From Felis catus (taxonomy: Eukaryota), in NCBI RefSeq assembly GCF_018350175.1, contig NC_058368.1, forward strand, positions 1,302,001-1,366,000: DNA of 64,000 nt, given 5' to 3'. Under the pieces are notes generated by a model. It saw only the letters and a program-made list of their open reading frames with translations. It was not told where the DNA came from and searched no databases. This document shows, one piece after another, positions 12,900 to 26,530 of the stretch (the stretch's first letter is position 1; each line of letters begins with the position of its first letter). Position numbers and translations under genes: made by a program.

Positions 12900-14817
12900 A
12901 ATAAATGTGTCATTTATTACATTGCTTACTGTAGTAATTTTCTTTTTCATTCATTCAACAAATAGTTGAACATTCATTCACTATGTTCTAGGCCTAACAC
13001 AGTAAATTGGCCATATTGCATGAATAAGTGAGTGAATGAATGAATGTGAAAACATTAAGCTCTTTGACTTTTAGCCTCCCTCATCTTTCTTTGATTTACC
13101 TCTTCTCACCCCTATCTCTATGTCTGGTCTGTTGAGTACACGTTCTGGTACGTATAATAACCAGCTGTTCTGGTCTCCACAAACAGGGCTACTCACTTAT
13201 AATTTCTACTTTGTGGACGGGTAGAAGGTTCAGGGGTTTCATGTTTTTATGACAAATCAACAAAGAATTGGGAGGGAAGCAAGCAGACCCTGAGCTCGTC
13301 CATTTTAGAACTTCTCTCAGCTCTCATTCTCCATATCTGCAGATCCAGGTTTCTCGAGCATTATTTTTATGGGGACCAAAGAGGACCCGGAAACAGTTGT
13401 CAATCTACTAAACAGTTACACTCTTCTTCAAGAAAATTTCTGAGAGCCAAGCCATGTTATTTGCAGAATCTGACCTACCTTCAGCCTTTGGTTCTTAGGG
13501 CCTTTGGCCCTATCTGGGCCCAGTGGTAAGATTTTGACCCAAAGTCTAAGCTATTTTATCTTCCAAGGCACCTGTGTCAAAGCTCCATAGCTGAAATGAT
13601 CCAGGCAGACGGAATCCTCTATCTTAACTGATGAAACAAGTTAGTGTCCCACTGTTTCTCTTTTTAATGTTTAACAAGAAACTTTGCACAGTTACCAGAA
13701 TCAACCGTGTAATCTTAAGCAACTGGAAGGATCAACATCCGTCTTAGTCTTAAGGGAGATGACGTGGGTTCTATCTTTGACCTGTTTCTGTCCCAGCTGG
13801 TGTCAGAAAAGCAGCTTAGCATCAATCACCCACAACTAACACCCTTGTATTTGGCCGGCACCAAACCGTAATATCCTTTCTAGCGTGTCATTACAAACTT
13901 GGAAGCCATCATTTGCCTCCTGGAACAGGGGAAATAGTATCCTGTGACAAATGGAGAGCAAAAGAGTTTGATTCAGTCTGTACCTAGTGTGTCAGTTTTC
14001 TAGTTGAGCTAGGGAAAAAGGAAGCATTGTTTATAATGCTAAATTTCATTATTGCAAGGGAAGGGGGAAGGGAGAAAAGTAAAAGCATGGTGATAAATAT
14101 ATACTGTAAGAAAAGTTGTTTGAGAACTTCCCCCCTTCCACCCTTCCTTTTGAGTTCTCTGTCTCGGGTAACGGCCCAGACAATCTTCCAGTCACTGACG
14201 TGAAACCTCCTTATCCTTAGGCACCCCCTAGCCCCCATAAGCCACTATCTCAATTCTCTCTTCTGAGTTCTCTTGTATCTCTGTTCTCTGTCTTTTCAAT
14301 GACTTTATTTAGGCCCTTGTCACCTTTTCATTGGATGACTCACCCATTGCATTCACTCAATGAACGTTTACTGAGTCTCCGTAGGTGTGCGTGGCTCTGG
14401 ACGTGCCTGCCGTGGGACCTGCATGGGACCCTGGCAGAGAAGAGACATTGACATGGGTGTGGCAATGCCGTAAAATTTTTTTGGGTGTGATTAAGAAACC
14501 ATATCCTGCAGTAGGTTAACACCTAAGTCTGTGTAATTTAGTGTGATGTAAGGAGTGACTTGTGCTGAGTGAACAATCTAAGCCTTGAGAGATCTAGCAG
14601 GCGTACCTTGGAAGATGGAGTCGAAATGTAAACCTCCTGGAGCTTCACGTACTCGACAGGCAACAATGACACTACAGTAAAGAATCTGTTTCTACTAAGC
14701 CCACATGTCCGCCATGCTTGACATCGACACTAGCGCTAAGCTCTTTCCCACCGGAGAACTACGTGGGCCGTAAATGTCGAGATCTGTCTCAAGATGCACC
14801 TTTCTCATAGAACTCAG

Positions 14818-15041
14818 GGGGCGCCTGGGTGGCTCAGTCGGTTGAGCGTCTGACTTCGGCTCAGGTCAAGATCTCACAGTCCGTGAGTTCGAGCCCCGCG
14901 TCGGGCTCTGTGCTGACAGCTCAGAGCCTGGAGCCTGTTTCAGATGCTGTGTCTCCCTCTCTCTCTGCCCCTCCCCTGTTCATGCTCTGTCTCTCTCTGT
15001 CTCAAAAACAAATAAAACTTTAAAAAAAAATTAAAAAAAAA
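14818..15041 (+). mobile_element. Felid CanSINE
   Basis: Consensus head and tail; TSD AGAACTCAG. Confidence 0.95.
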
Positions 15042-15669
15042 AGAACTCAGTAATGAAAGGAGCCTGTTAATAATGTCTTTATACTATTAATTGTTCAGTG
15101 CTATGCGGTTTTTGAAGAGCTCTCGTGTGCATTACCTCACTTGAAAACAATTCTCCAAGATAGGTGAGGTAGATATTTTCGCTCTACAGAGGAAGAAGCT
15201 GAGGGTTCAGAAAGGTTCGTTCATTTCTTCATTCAACAAATATTTATTGGATGTGACTGTGCCACACATGTAACATAAGGTGCTGCCCGGGCAGGTCTTT
15301 TCCCTTCTTGCTCAGGCTCTTTCTATCACCTCGTGAGACTGAAATGAAACATCAGCAGAAACGAAATGCAGGCAGTTGGGCCAGAGTAACTCAACTCTGC
15401 AATTTTTGGGTGCTGCAGATGATGCACCTGGGGTACGTCTCACGCCTGGCTTCTCCGCTTGGATTGAGCATTAAGCTTCAAATGACGAGGCTGACTCTTC
15501 TCCCTGCAGTGTCCTTTGAATCTCCCGGGATACAGTAAATCTTCAGCATGGTCCCACAGGATATTTCTGAGCTGAATATATATATATATTTTTTTGTATA
15601 TGCACACCCAGCTATTTGAGAGCTTAGTGGCTTAGACGTTTTTGATCTGTGTTTGCTGCAAAGTTGCTT

Positions 15670-15708
15670 TGATTGATTGATTGATTGATTGACTAAGTGG
15701 GGGGAAGG

Positions 15709-15760
<52 letters not shown>

Positions 15761-15882
15761 CTTAAGCAGGCTTCATGCCCAGTGTGGAGCCTGACGTGGA
15801 GCTCGATCCTACGACCATGAGATCATGACCTGAGCTAAATTAAGAGTCAGAAGCTCAACTCACTGAGTCACCCAGGCGCCCC
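15670..15882 (-). mobile_element. CanSINE with (GATT)n tail and expanded (GA)n
   Basis: Reverse-complement SINE body; TSD core GTTGCTTT. Confidence 0.9.
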
Positions 15883-15908
15883 TGGACAGTTGCTTTTAAA
15901 ATGGGTAT

Positions 15909-16124
15909 GGGGCACCTGGGTGACTCAGTCAGTGAAGCATCCGACTTCAGCTCAGGTCTTGATCTCGCGGTTTGTGAGTTCAAGTGCTGTGTTGGGCTCT
16001 GTGCTGACAGCTCGGAGCCTGGAGCCTGTTTCAGATCCTGTGTCTCCCTCTCTCTCTGCCCCTCCCCCCGCTCATGCTTTGTCTCTCTCTCTCTCAAAAA
16101 TAAATAAACATTTAAAAAATTAAT
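15909..16124 (+). mobile_element. Felid CanSINE
   Basis: TSD TAAAATGGGTA/TAAAATAGGTA. Confidence 0.93.
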
Positions 16125-16342
16125 AAAATAGGTAGACATCTTGGAAACCACCACTGGCGTGAATGTGAATTCCTGCTTGGTATGAACCAGATAGTTGAAT
16201 GCCTTGATACAACAGCACCAGGGTGTCTTTATGGAGCTGAATCAACTGTCAAACTCTCAAGGCATGAGTCTGCTCAGACGTGTGTAGTGCAGGGGACAGA
16301 AAGTGCTGGCTGGGCACTCTGAGGTCTTCCTACCTTCCTCTT

Positions 16343-16560
16343 TTTTTTTTTTTTTTTCAACTTTTATTTATTTTTGGGACAGAGAGAGACAGAGCATGAA
16401 CGGGGGAGGGGCAGAGAGAGAGGGAGACACAGAATCTGAAACAGGCTCCAGGCTCTGAGCCATCAGCCCAGAGCCTGACGCGGGGCTCGAACTCACGGAC
16501 CACGAGATCGTGACCTGGCTGAAGTCGGATGCTTAACCGACTGCGCCACCCAGGTGCCCC
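16343..16560 (-). mobile_element. Young felid CanSINE
   Basis: Long pure T tail, perfect 14-bp TSD CCTACCTTCCTCTT. Confidence 0.96.
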
Positions 16561-16940
16561 AGCCTACCTTCCTCTTGGTGGGCACTCTGCGGTCTGCCCA
16601 CCAGTCATAAGGAGCTAGTCTTTCTGCCCCAGGTGATGGCTCAGGTGCAAAGGGTTGAGTTTCATGGGCAGGTGTGGGGGGGGGGCCCTGACTTTGGAGC
16701 ATCATTCCTCACAGGAGCCATTCCTGTAGTTTCCAGGGTCCCCACAAATGCACGCACCGGCAAGATCATTGCACCGAGGGAAGCCCAAGCATGTGGCTTC
16801 CTGTCAGGTGTTCACATGTTTCCGGTCGTGGTGCAGTTATCAATCAGGCTGTTTCTATCATCAGTGACAGTTACATAGTCCAGGACAACAGGGCCCAGAA
16901 GTTAACCGCAGGTCAAATTCTTTTACAGAAGAGAAAGATT

Positions 16941-17156
16941 TTTTTTTTATTAAAAATTTTTTTTAAAAAATATTTGTTGATTTTTGAGAGAGAGACAGCA
17001 TGAGCAGGGGAGGGGCAGAGAGAGAGGGAGACACGGAATCCGAAGCAGGCTCCAGGCTCTGAGCTCTCAGCACAGAGCCTGATGTGGGGCTCCAACCCAT
17101 GAACAGTGAGATCATGACCTGAGCCGAATCTGGACACTCAACTGACTGAGCCCCAG
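16941..17156 (-). mobile_element. Felid CanSINE
   Basis: SINE body; TSD GAAAGATTTT. Confidence 0.92.
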
Positions 17157-19295
17157 GGGGAAAGATTTTGCTAATCCTTTGCCCACATCCCCATCCAGAC
17201 CTGGATATTAGCATTTACCTTTTCTTCATATGTCAGCAATATCACAAAGACATGTAAAGGCACTTGAAATATTTCAAAGGAAAATTCAGGATAATGCTAT
17301 GATTTGTACCGTCCAATTACTGTGTAAGTTAAAGTTAGGGTGTATTGCTCATATCCCCCGGGCTAATGCTGTTTTCTCCAGATTGATGTGAACAGCAGTG
17401 CTGACGACACAGAGGTGTCCTGTCATGACAGGACTGACTGCCGTGTTTTATGGACAGAGCTCTCCATCCTTCCTGAACTACGCCTGCTGCTGTCGGCCTG
17501 CCCACAAGGGGTTCTGCAGGGTCAACAGAGAGTTGATCTGCTGGTCAGTTTGATGGTGGGCTGCCTAGGCCAGTGGGCACACCCAGGAACACGGCCCCTG
17601 GCCCTGAGCCATCCTCTCAAAGATGCTGCCTGCCTGCTCTCAAGTTTAGTACTCAGGTACGAATCGCAAACTCTGGTTGGGTTGACCCTGGCCAGGTATA
17701 TCTCTTCAGCGATGCCTGACGATAACTTGAGGTGAGTGAGCTGTGTGGTTACCAGGCAGCATAAACAAACGTTGTAAATTATAAGCACTGTACGGACCAG
17801 GTATGATTCTGGCATTGCCCCTTCTTCTCAGTAGGGTGGTGGTGGGGCCTTCATCAGGACTGGCTGGGAGAGTGGGTCGGTGCCTTTGGCCACGATCCAT
17901 TTCACCTAATGTCCTGTTTGGGACTCCCGACCTCCCTTATCCACTTCTACATCTCTTCTTGACTGTGCTCACCTATTTGCTTCTGAGTAGAATGAGTTGC
18001 CCATCTCCCTGACTGTGGCTCCTTGCGTCCACGACCAACCAGTGAACTTCGTTTCAATAAGTGAGAGAAATGGCGCCAGTGGAGGCCTCGACCGTAGTCC
18101 GGGGGACTGTGCGGGCAGGTGTCAGCAGGGCCTGAGTTCTGTGCACCAGGCCTTTGAGGAGACCTCCAGGAGTTGCCAGATGGGTGCAAACGCTCGGTTC
18201 CCATTCCCCACATCCCTCTAAAGCAGCAGCTGTCGCACCATCTCCTAGGAGGTGTATCAGCAGAGGATAACAGAAGAGGGGACAATGACCCCATAGCTTT
18301 ATACACAAACTGGTTTACAAAGGATCCCCACATTCGATGACCTGCCATTGTTCTGCCCTGTTACCCGATTTACCCATCAGAGCGCTGTGTAGTCTTTGGT
18401 GTCAGTCTGAGGTCCTTTCTTGGTTTATATTTGGTTTATCTTGGCTATATTTTATCTTGGTTATATTTTAGTCCCAAGATCTTTCCAGCTTACACATACA
18501 AACACTTTAACAGGTTTATCATTTAGGATTAGGTGGTAGTGTTGGAATCAAGTTGTAGATTATCTTCGTGTTTATTAGCGTTGTAGGATTTACTATCAAT
18601 TTGCCTTCTACGTGGACATCCTGTTTGAGTTTTGAGCTTATCATCCCTGTTTGGAATGTGACTATTTGTACACTTCCATGTAAGCAAAATCATGAAGCAT
18701 GTGACGTTTATCATTTGTGTTCCCCATTCTTCCACTGTCTCCATCTTTAATATTTATTTCTCCGGCCTTGCTTCTTTGCTTTATCTAGGGACATATTGTA
18801 CTAAATCTTGTCCTTGTGATACATTTCTTTTAAGAACTGAGGACATAAAAGCTTAAGATGTTGTTTTTTTCTAATTAAAGATGTTGTATTTTCTAATTAA
18901 ATCTGGTAACATTTCCAGGTATTCTGAAAGATGTTGAGGGAACTATTTTGAAGCAGAGAACTCTACTGGTTATTTCCAACTCCAAAGGCTGGTCCACGTG
19001 GAGGTAGAGGGTGCTATGGTGCACGTGCGGGATTTGTACGTAATCTTCCTTTCTCGTCTACCTATTTAAAACCGTAAGTTCATTTCTAAGCACTGTTGTA
19101 ATTTCATTCCACAAATTTTGAGCTGACATTAAAAATGTGTTTGCTAATTCATCTGGTAATGTCTTCTTTGATCCATGAGCTAATTAGTTGTGTTTATTGC
19201 TTAATTTATACATACATGGAGTTTTCTACCTATCTTATTGTTAATTGGTTTTTAATTGAATTTGGTTTTGGTAAAAAAAAAAACTCTAAGATTTT

Positions 19296-20712
19296 GAAAA
19301 AGACTCCTTTTTAGGTCAATTTTATGTTGACAATAAAATTGAAAGAGAGGTACAGAGATTTCACATATGCCCTCCGTCCTCACACATGCAGAGTCTCCCC
19401 ATTATCAACATCACTCACCAGAATGCTACATTTTTTTTTTATCAAGGATGAATCTACATTGGCACATGGTAATAACCCCAAATCCATAGTTCACTTTAGG
19501 CTTTACACCTTAAGTGTTGTACATTCTATGGGTTTTGACAAATGTATAATGACATATTATATCACTATAGTATCGTATAGAGTATTTTCACTGCCCTAAA
19601 AATCCTCTACACTCTGCCTATTTGTCTTTTCCCCCACATCCAAACTCAACCCTGGGAAACTCCTGATCTTTTTATCATGTCCATTGTTTTTGCCTTTTCT
19701 AGAATGTCATATGGTTGGATTCATACATTATATAGCCTTTTCAGATGGCTTCTTTTACTTAGTGATATGCATTTAAAGTTTTTGTATGTCTCTTCATGAT
19801 CTTATATTTCATTTCTTTTATCGCTGAATAATGTTTAATTGTTTAGATGCATCACAGTTTATCCATTCACCGACTGAGGAGATTTTGATTGCTTCTAGGT
19901 TTTGGCAATTATGAAAACAAGTGCTACAATCATTCATGTGCATGGATGTTTTTCACTCATTTTTGTGTGGACGTAAGTTTTAAACATCAAGGAACACAAT
20001 TTCTGGGTCTTATGGTATCGCATATTTAGTTTTGCAAAAAATCACCAAATGTCTTCCAAAGTGGCTGTACCACTTTGCATTTCCACTGGCAATACATGAG
20101 ACTTCCTGTTCATCCTACATCGTTGTCAGCATATGGTGTGGTCGGTGTTCCAGATTTTGACTGTTCTAATAGATATGTAGTGGTATCTCATTTTTGTTTT
20201 AATTTGCATCTCCCTGATGACATACGATGTGGAACATCTTTTCAGATGCTTATTTGCCTCTATATATCTTCTTTGGTGAGGGGTCAAGATCTTTTGCTCA
20301 TTTTTTAGTTGGGTTGTATGTTTTCTTATTGTTGAATTTTAAGAGTTCTTTGTATATTTTGGATAGCAGTCCTTTGTCATATGTGTCTTTTGCAAATGTT
20401 TTCTCTGAGGCTTGGCTTGTGTTCTAATCTCTTGATACTGAGTTTTGCACAACAGATGTTTTTAATTTTAATGAAGTCCAGCTTATCAATTTTTTTTTTG
20501 TGGATCATATCTTTGGTATTGTATCTAAAAAGGCAGCGCTACATTCAAGGTCCTCTAAATTTTCTCTTATGTTATCTTCTAGGAGTTTTGTATTTTACAT
20601 TTAAGTCCATGATCCATTTGGAGTTGATTTTTGTGAAGGGTACAAGGTCTGTGTCCAGAAGTTTTTGTTCTGTTTTCCTTTTTGCATGTGGAGATCATTT
20701 GTTAAAGAAAGT
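19296..20712 (-). mobile_element. 5'-truncated LINE-1, L1MC1-like 3' end
   Basis: Reverse complement resembles 10800-12300; TSD-like CTCTAAGATTTT/CTGTAAGATTTT. Confidence 0.88.
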
Positions 20713-21233
20713 CTGTAAGATTTTCGTATTTTGAAATTTATGGAGACTTGTTTGAGGCTCAGCATATGGTCTGCCCTGATGTCACTTGTGCTGTTGAAAA
20801 AAATGTGTATTCTACAGTCGCTGGGTACAGTGTCTATGACTGTCAACTAGGGCAAGGGGGTTGGTGGTGTCGCTCATATCTTTTGTCTCCTTACTCATTT
20901 TTTTTTGTCTTGTTGTTCTGCCAATTAACAAGAGAGACGTGTTATTATCTAACCGTTTTCATAAATTTGTCTTTTTTTCTCTTCAGTTCTAACAGCTTTT
21001 GTTCATGCATTTTCAAACTATTGGTAGGCACATGCACGTATAATTGTTAAGTATGTGTGATGTTTGACCTTCCGTCATTATAACATACCTACCATTTTAT
21101 TTACAGAGGGAGGGCTCTTTACCTTGAAGTCTGCTTTGTTACATATCAACATAGCTGCTCCAGTTTTAATACATGTAGTGTTTGCATGGTGTATCTTTTT
21201 TCTGTCCTTTTACTTTCAACCTATTACTGCCTT

Positions 21234-21428
21234 ATTTTTAATGTTTGTTTATTTTTGAAAGAGAGAGCATGAGCAGGGTGGGACAGAGAGGGAAGGGGAC
21301 AGAGCATCCTAAGTGGGCTGCTGTGTGCTGACAGCAGTGAGCCCGATGTAGGGCTTGACTCATGGCTCACGAGATCATGACCTGAGGTGAAGTCAGACAT
21401 CCAACTGACTGAGCCACCGAGGCACCCC
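21234..21428 (-). mobile_element. CanSINE
   Basis: GAGATCATGACCTGAG..GACTGAGCCACC..GGCACCCC. Confidence 0.9.
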
Positions 21429-21766
21429 GTGTGCCTCTGTATTTAAGATGAGTTTTTTGCATACAGAATATAGTTGAATCTTGCTTTTCTTCCCCCAGCC
21501 TACTAATCTTTGCCTTTAACAGAAGATTCTAGTCCACTTACACTTAATGAAATTGTTGGTTTTGTTGGATTAATCCTGCCATTTTGCTATTTGTCTCCCG
21601 TTTTTCTTTTTTGCTTTCTGTGTTCCCTTCTATTCCTCCTTTTTTGCCTTCTTTAAATTATTTTTTCATATTCCATCTTAACTGTTCTGTTTACTCTATT
21701 CCATTCTATTAATTATTCTTTTTCACTATGTCTTTTTGCATTATTGTTTAACAGGCAGCTCTAGAA

Positions 21767-21950
21767 AAGCAATTCTGAAACTTCATGTGCACCTGAATCA
21801 CCTGGAGGGCTTGTTACAACACAGATCACCGGGCACCACCACACAATTCCTTGTTCAGTGGGTGGGGTGGTGTCCTGGGAGGTGCATTTTTAACAAGTTC
21901 CCAGGCGATGCCAATGCTGCTGGTCAGGGGACCACCCTTTGAGAATATTG
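21767..21950. mobile_element. MER5A-like hAT-Charlie DNA transposon
   Basis: GAATCACCTGGAGGGCTTGTT...TTTTAACAAGTTCCCAGGCGATGCCAATGCTGCTGGTC..GGGACCAC. Confidence 0.85.
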
Positions 21951-24419
21951 TTCCGGGAATTAAAGTCTGCACCTTTAACATTTCACATTATACTGAAAGT
22001 TAACACTGTACTCCCTCATGTGAAATATAAAACAGAAAATTTGCAACAGTACAGTTTCAATTACCCATCACCCTAACCATTGTATTGTCGTTGTCATATT
22101 TACTCTATGTATTTTAGAAACCCACAGTGCATTCCTTTTCCTTTTGCACTAAATAATCATATGCTTTCTAATGAAGCTAAGAGAAGAAGATCAAACACGG
22201 AGTCTCTTATAGTTACCACATATTTACCATTTTCAGTGATATTTATCCTTCTTGGAACCCTATTTATTATCTGGTGTGATTGCCTTTCAGCCTGAAGAAC
22301 TTGCCTTAGCATTTCCTGAAGAGCATGTTTGTTTATAATGAATTCTGTCAGTTTTTGTTTACCTGAGAATGGTTTTACTCTGCATTCATTTTTAGAAGAT
22401 ATTTAAAAGATATTTTTCCTGGGTCGGTTAGCTTTTTTTCTGGGTCTGAGACTCAGAAATCTTAATTTTTCACAACATCCCAGGTCATTGTTATGCAGAG
22501 CGTTATAGGCCCTATTTTAACGAAACCTGTAGTAAGCACTTCACTAATGTTATCTGTATAATGAGGAGATCACTTGTGGCCTTGGTGGTGGGAGTTTCGG
22601 TGGAGTGGGGGGCTGAAGTGGTTGAAAGCAAACGTGGAGGTGTAAATGAGGAGTATAGACAATGTTACTTAATTGACCTTCTTTCCTCTTAGAGCAAATT
22701 CAATTAAATTTGGGTTGTAGTCTGTGGCTCCACATTTTGGGTACTTCGATGGAACCTTGAATTTCTTCTGTCTGAAATTGTTAACAATCTCCATTTATTC
22801 TGCTCTCCAAAAGCTGGCTTGAAAAGGGTCATATGCTTTTTATGTTACGATTATTATGGTATATGGTATATTATGATTATTATGTTTATTGTTATGATTG
22901 TTATGGGTCTGAAGGTCCAGGCATTGTGGCCTCATTGCTCGTGCCAGTGACGTTCAGGATGAGTCAGCGCTGGGCCTGGTATACCCATAGTTGCTGCTTG
23001 AGCAGAGAGGCAGTACGTTTCCGGACACATCCTTTTAAGCAGATGAGGAGCCATCTTGCCCCGTTTCCTCACACCTCTGGGGAAGCAGCGTGCTGTGAAT
23101 TGATGTTTTTGGGGGAAGAATCATGTCGGGGAGAAAAGAGTGGGATAGAAGAGAAGGCCCGTGATCAGAATATGATGCACACAAGGAAGAATGCCAGGAA
23201 GGACATAGAAACAGAACACTGCAGGGTTTGGGGGGCAGCCTATAACAAGGGCACTTTATTTTCAAGCGGGCCTAGTGGCAAAGAAAAATAGGAGGAAGCA
23301 AGAAGTAAGGACTGTTCTGGGTCTATCAACCCACAGGTGGTTTTGTGGACATAGAAAGTAGTCTGCATGGGCCCCCAAGGGCAAGTGGCTGGCCAGGCGC
23401 CTTCCGCATGTCACATTAGTCTTACCAGTTTAGTTTCTTCTTTAGCTTTTAGTGATCAGTTGGAACATGTAAGTGATCATATTGTGGCTCTGGCCTCTCT
23501 CCGGCCAATTTAGCTTGTTTATTCTGGTGCTGATACCTTACGACCTAAGTGTGATTCAGGTCTTTAAGCTTTTTAAGGTGGGAACAGCCTGTCGTACTGG
23601 AGTAGCTTCTTACATAAGTATACATTATAACATTTGGAGATAAAGATCCCAGCTATGTATGGAGACAGTCTGCCACCACCCTTGGACACAATGCTTAGGG
23701 GTACGTATTAAAGATTAGACACAGTATCCACCCTCAAGAGCATTACATTTTAATTCGGGAATCCAGGGATATCAAAACAATCCACATATGTGTCAGCAAA
23801 AGTCATCAGATGGAATATAAGCGCACTATGCCGTGGGAGGATACGGGGTAGACGGTAAGTTATGGTTTCCTGGAGCAGATGAAATGCAAAATAAAGCAAA
23901 AGTGTGATGCAGTGAATTGGAAGTGAGAGAAGGTGTCTGTAGAGGATGGAGGAAAGAACACAGGGATATCAAGTATATGTCTAATTGCCATTGTGCAAAG
24001 GCCCCTATGAAATACTCCAGTTCTATGGGCTTAGCCCTTTTTTTTTTTTTGCAGTTTTGTTGTTATGTTGTTGTTGTTGTTTTGCAAAATCAGGTTTTCT
24101 TTGCATCTTTCTTGTGGGCACAGCTTACGAATGGCATTGTTTCATTTCACCCTTGAAGCCAAGAGTCACCTGAAGGACAGCAATCCCACCTACTTACCTT
24201 TCATTTCTGTCCTTCACAGCCATCCCAGCAGAAGTGGGGGGAGCTGCTGAGGTGGTCCCTGGAGGCTGATTCTCCCAGGTGTTATCATCTCTGTTTGATT
24301 TACCTATAGATGTGATGGCCTGTGATTAAAATGACTGTTAAAAATATTGTCCATACTCCTTCAGCTGCAGTTAAGGCTTTCTTAGTCATCATTTTTGCAC
24401 TTTTTGTGGAAAAATAACG

Positions 24420-24590
24420 TGCTATCACGTGTATCTTCTCAATTTGACTTTAAACTTCACAACAACCCTTAAAATATAAGAGTTGCGACCCCCATGCCAC
24501 AGTTGAGGGTGACTGAAGCACACGGGTTAGGTAGTGTGCCCAAAATGCATGGCTAGTAAATGGCAGGATTTGAATTCCCATGGCCTGGCC
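24420..24590 (-). mobile_element. MIR fragment
   Basis: CTTCACAACAACCCT...GCTAGTAAATGGCAGGATTTGAA. Confidence 0.65.
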
Positions 24591-25093
24591 TCAGGGCCAG
24601 ACCTCAGTCATCATGGAACCCATCATGGAATTTATAGTCTACCAGCAAGGATGGGGTTTAGGTTCATGAGCTGCATGAAACTGTACGCAGAAGTGTGTAC
24701 GCACATGACCATGGACATTTTTCTGGGGAAAGGGTTTATAGCATTGATTAGATTGTCTAAGAGATGCATCATCTTTGGAGAGAGGCAACAGCATATAATG
24801 ATGCCCACCACTCTAGTTCACTTCTGTGTGTTCTCCGGGTGTTATTATACTCCTAGAGAAGACCAAGCCTTTCCAGCTTAAACCTCTAGCCTTTTCGATG
24901 TCTTTGAAACGTTGCGTCAGGTTCCATTTATTATGTGACTAATTCTGCCCAATTGACTCCTATGACACTAATTACAAAATATTTCTACTTCTGACCATTT
25001 TGTTTCTCTATCATCTGTGATACAGTGTGGACCCAGACACAGATGAAGGGAGCATAAAATTTGAGAATAAGGATTGTAATCGTAAAAGGTGCT

Positions 25094-25300
25094 GGTGCGC
25101 CTGGGAGGCTTGGTCAGCTAAAGGGTCCGACTCTTGATTTCAGCGAAGGTCATGATCTCACAGTCGTGAGTTTGAGCCCCTTGTAGGACTCTGCACTGAG
25201 AGTGTGGAGCCTGCTTGGGATTCTCTGTCTCCCCCTCTCTCTCTGCCTCTCTTCTGCTCGCACTCTCTCTCTCAAAAATAGATAAAATAAACATTTAAAA
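25094..25300 (+). mobile_element. Older CanSINE
   Basis: CTCTTGATTTCAGC..GGTCATGATCTC, (CT)n, A-rich tail. Confidence 0.9.
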
Positions 25301-26329
25301 ACTGTGCCATTTGGAATATTTTTATGCTTGGAAATAGTAGTTCCTCTCCTGGGAAGGCTGACACTTCATTATACTTCCTGAAATGCACTGTGTGCAACAA
25401 GCACACGCAGTCTCTGTGGCGTGCCTCGTCCACGGCTGCCCTTCCTGTGCTGTTCATAGGGACCCAGCTCTGCCTTGCCCTTGTCTGGGCAACGAGAGCT
25501 TGAAAGCCATCCCGACATTCCATGGCGCAGGTGTCATCGCTCTAGAGTCTCAGCAGCGGACGACGTCCAGGAGCAGATTGCCTGAGACGGGTGGGAAGCA
25601 CGAGGTAGGTGGCCAGCCGTGGAAAAGTGACAGTTTCATAGAGAGTCTGAAGATGATTTAGGGCAGAGGAGTGACAGAAGCAAGGCGCTTCCCCCTCCCA
25701 AGCGAGGGTGTAATCCAGGCAGGGTGTGTGGCAGCCCTGGAGAGGACAAAGGGCTTCTGGGCACAAGAGGCCACCAGCTGCTTTGGGGTTGACACAGGCT
25801 AGTTCAAATCTCCAGGGCTTTTCTCTCTCCTTTTCTGTAGCATGTTGGGTGACTGTGTCCACGGATAGCATAAACAAGTAGAGGGCGAAGAAGAAAAGGG
25901 CAAAAATCTGAGTGTGCGTTTATAAGAAGTCAAGTGTGCGTGGGAGAGATCGAGAAAAGAGAGTTCAGCTAGTAGGTCTAACTAATCCCTGGTGCCTCGT
26001 CATCCGCTGTTACTTCTCTTCCCTTCCCTCTTTCCACCTCTAAGGAAAAACTGATATGTTAGTTAGCGAAAACCCAAAGGAGTCCTTAGACACTTGATGG
26101 TGACTGTCCTGTGCAGAGCCACCCGTGTAGAAGGTACAGGCTTCTGACAACAATGGATCCCAAGGCGCAGGCCCGGACTGTCACTGTCAGTTCCGCTGCC
26201 TCTAATGATCCGAGCAAGTCTCGAGGACGGCCTGCATTCAAGAGGGCACACGGCCTCATCTCTGGTCCACCCCTGTTGCCTATTTCCAGAGCACGTGCTA
26301 ATGCTTGCTTACAGTTTGTAATGCATGCT

Positions 26330-26530
26330 GGGGCACCTGGGTGGCTCAGTCGGTTGGGCGTCCGGCTTCGGCTCGGGTCACGATCTCACGGTTCGTGGGT
26401 TCGAGCCCCGCGTCGGGCTCTGCTGACAACTCAGAGCCTGGAGCCGGCTTCCGATTCTGTGCCTCCCTCTCTCTCAGAGAGAGTGGGACTCTCTGTCTTA
26501 AAAATAAATCAAAACATTAAAAAAAAATTT
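26330..26530 (+). mobile_element. Felid CanSINE with rearranged CT region
   Basis: SINE head; TSD TAATGCATG/TAATGCACG. Confidence 0.92.

Larger units (their letters stand above)
20713..22420 (-). mobile_element. Very old degenerate LINE-1 (L1M), split by later insertions; continues at about 19080-19290
   Basis: T-rich antisense L1 motifs (AATGTGTATTCT, GTGTTTGCATGGTGTATCTTTTT). Confidence 0.65.

Noticed and set aside
14818..14900. tRNA-like A/B box sequences
   Set aside because: Heads of tRNA-derived CanSINEs, not tRNA genes.
14829..15023. Recurrent ORFs of the type MAQSVERLTSAQV...SLEPASDSVSPSLSAPP
   Set aside because: These are translations of CanSINE bodies, not a gene family.
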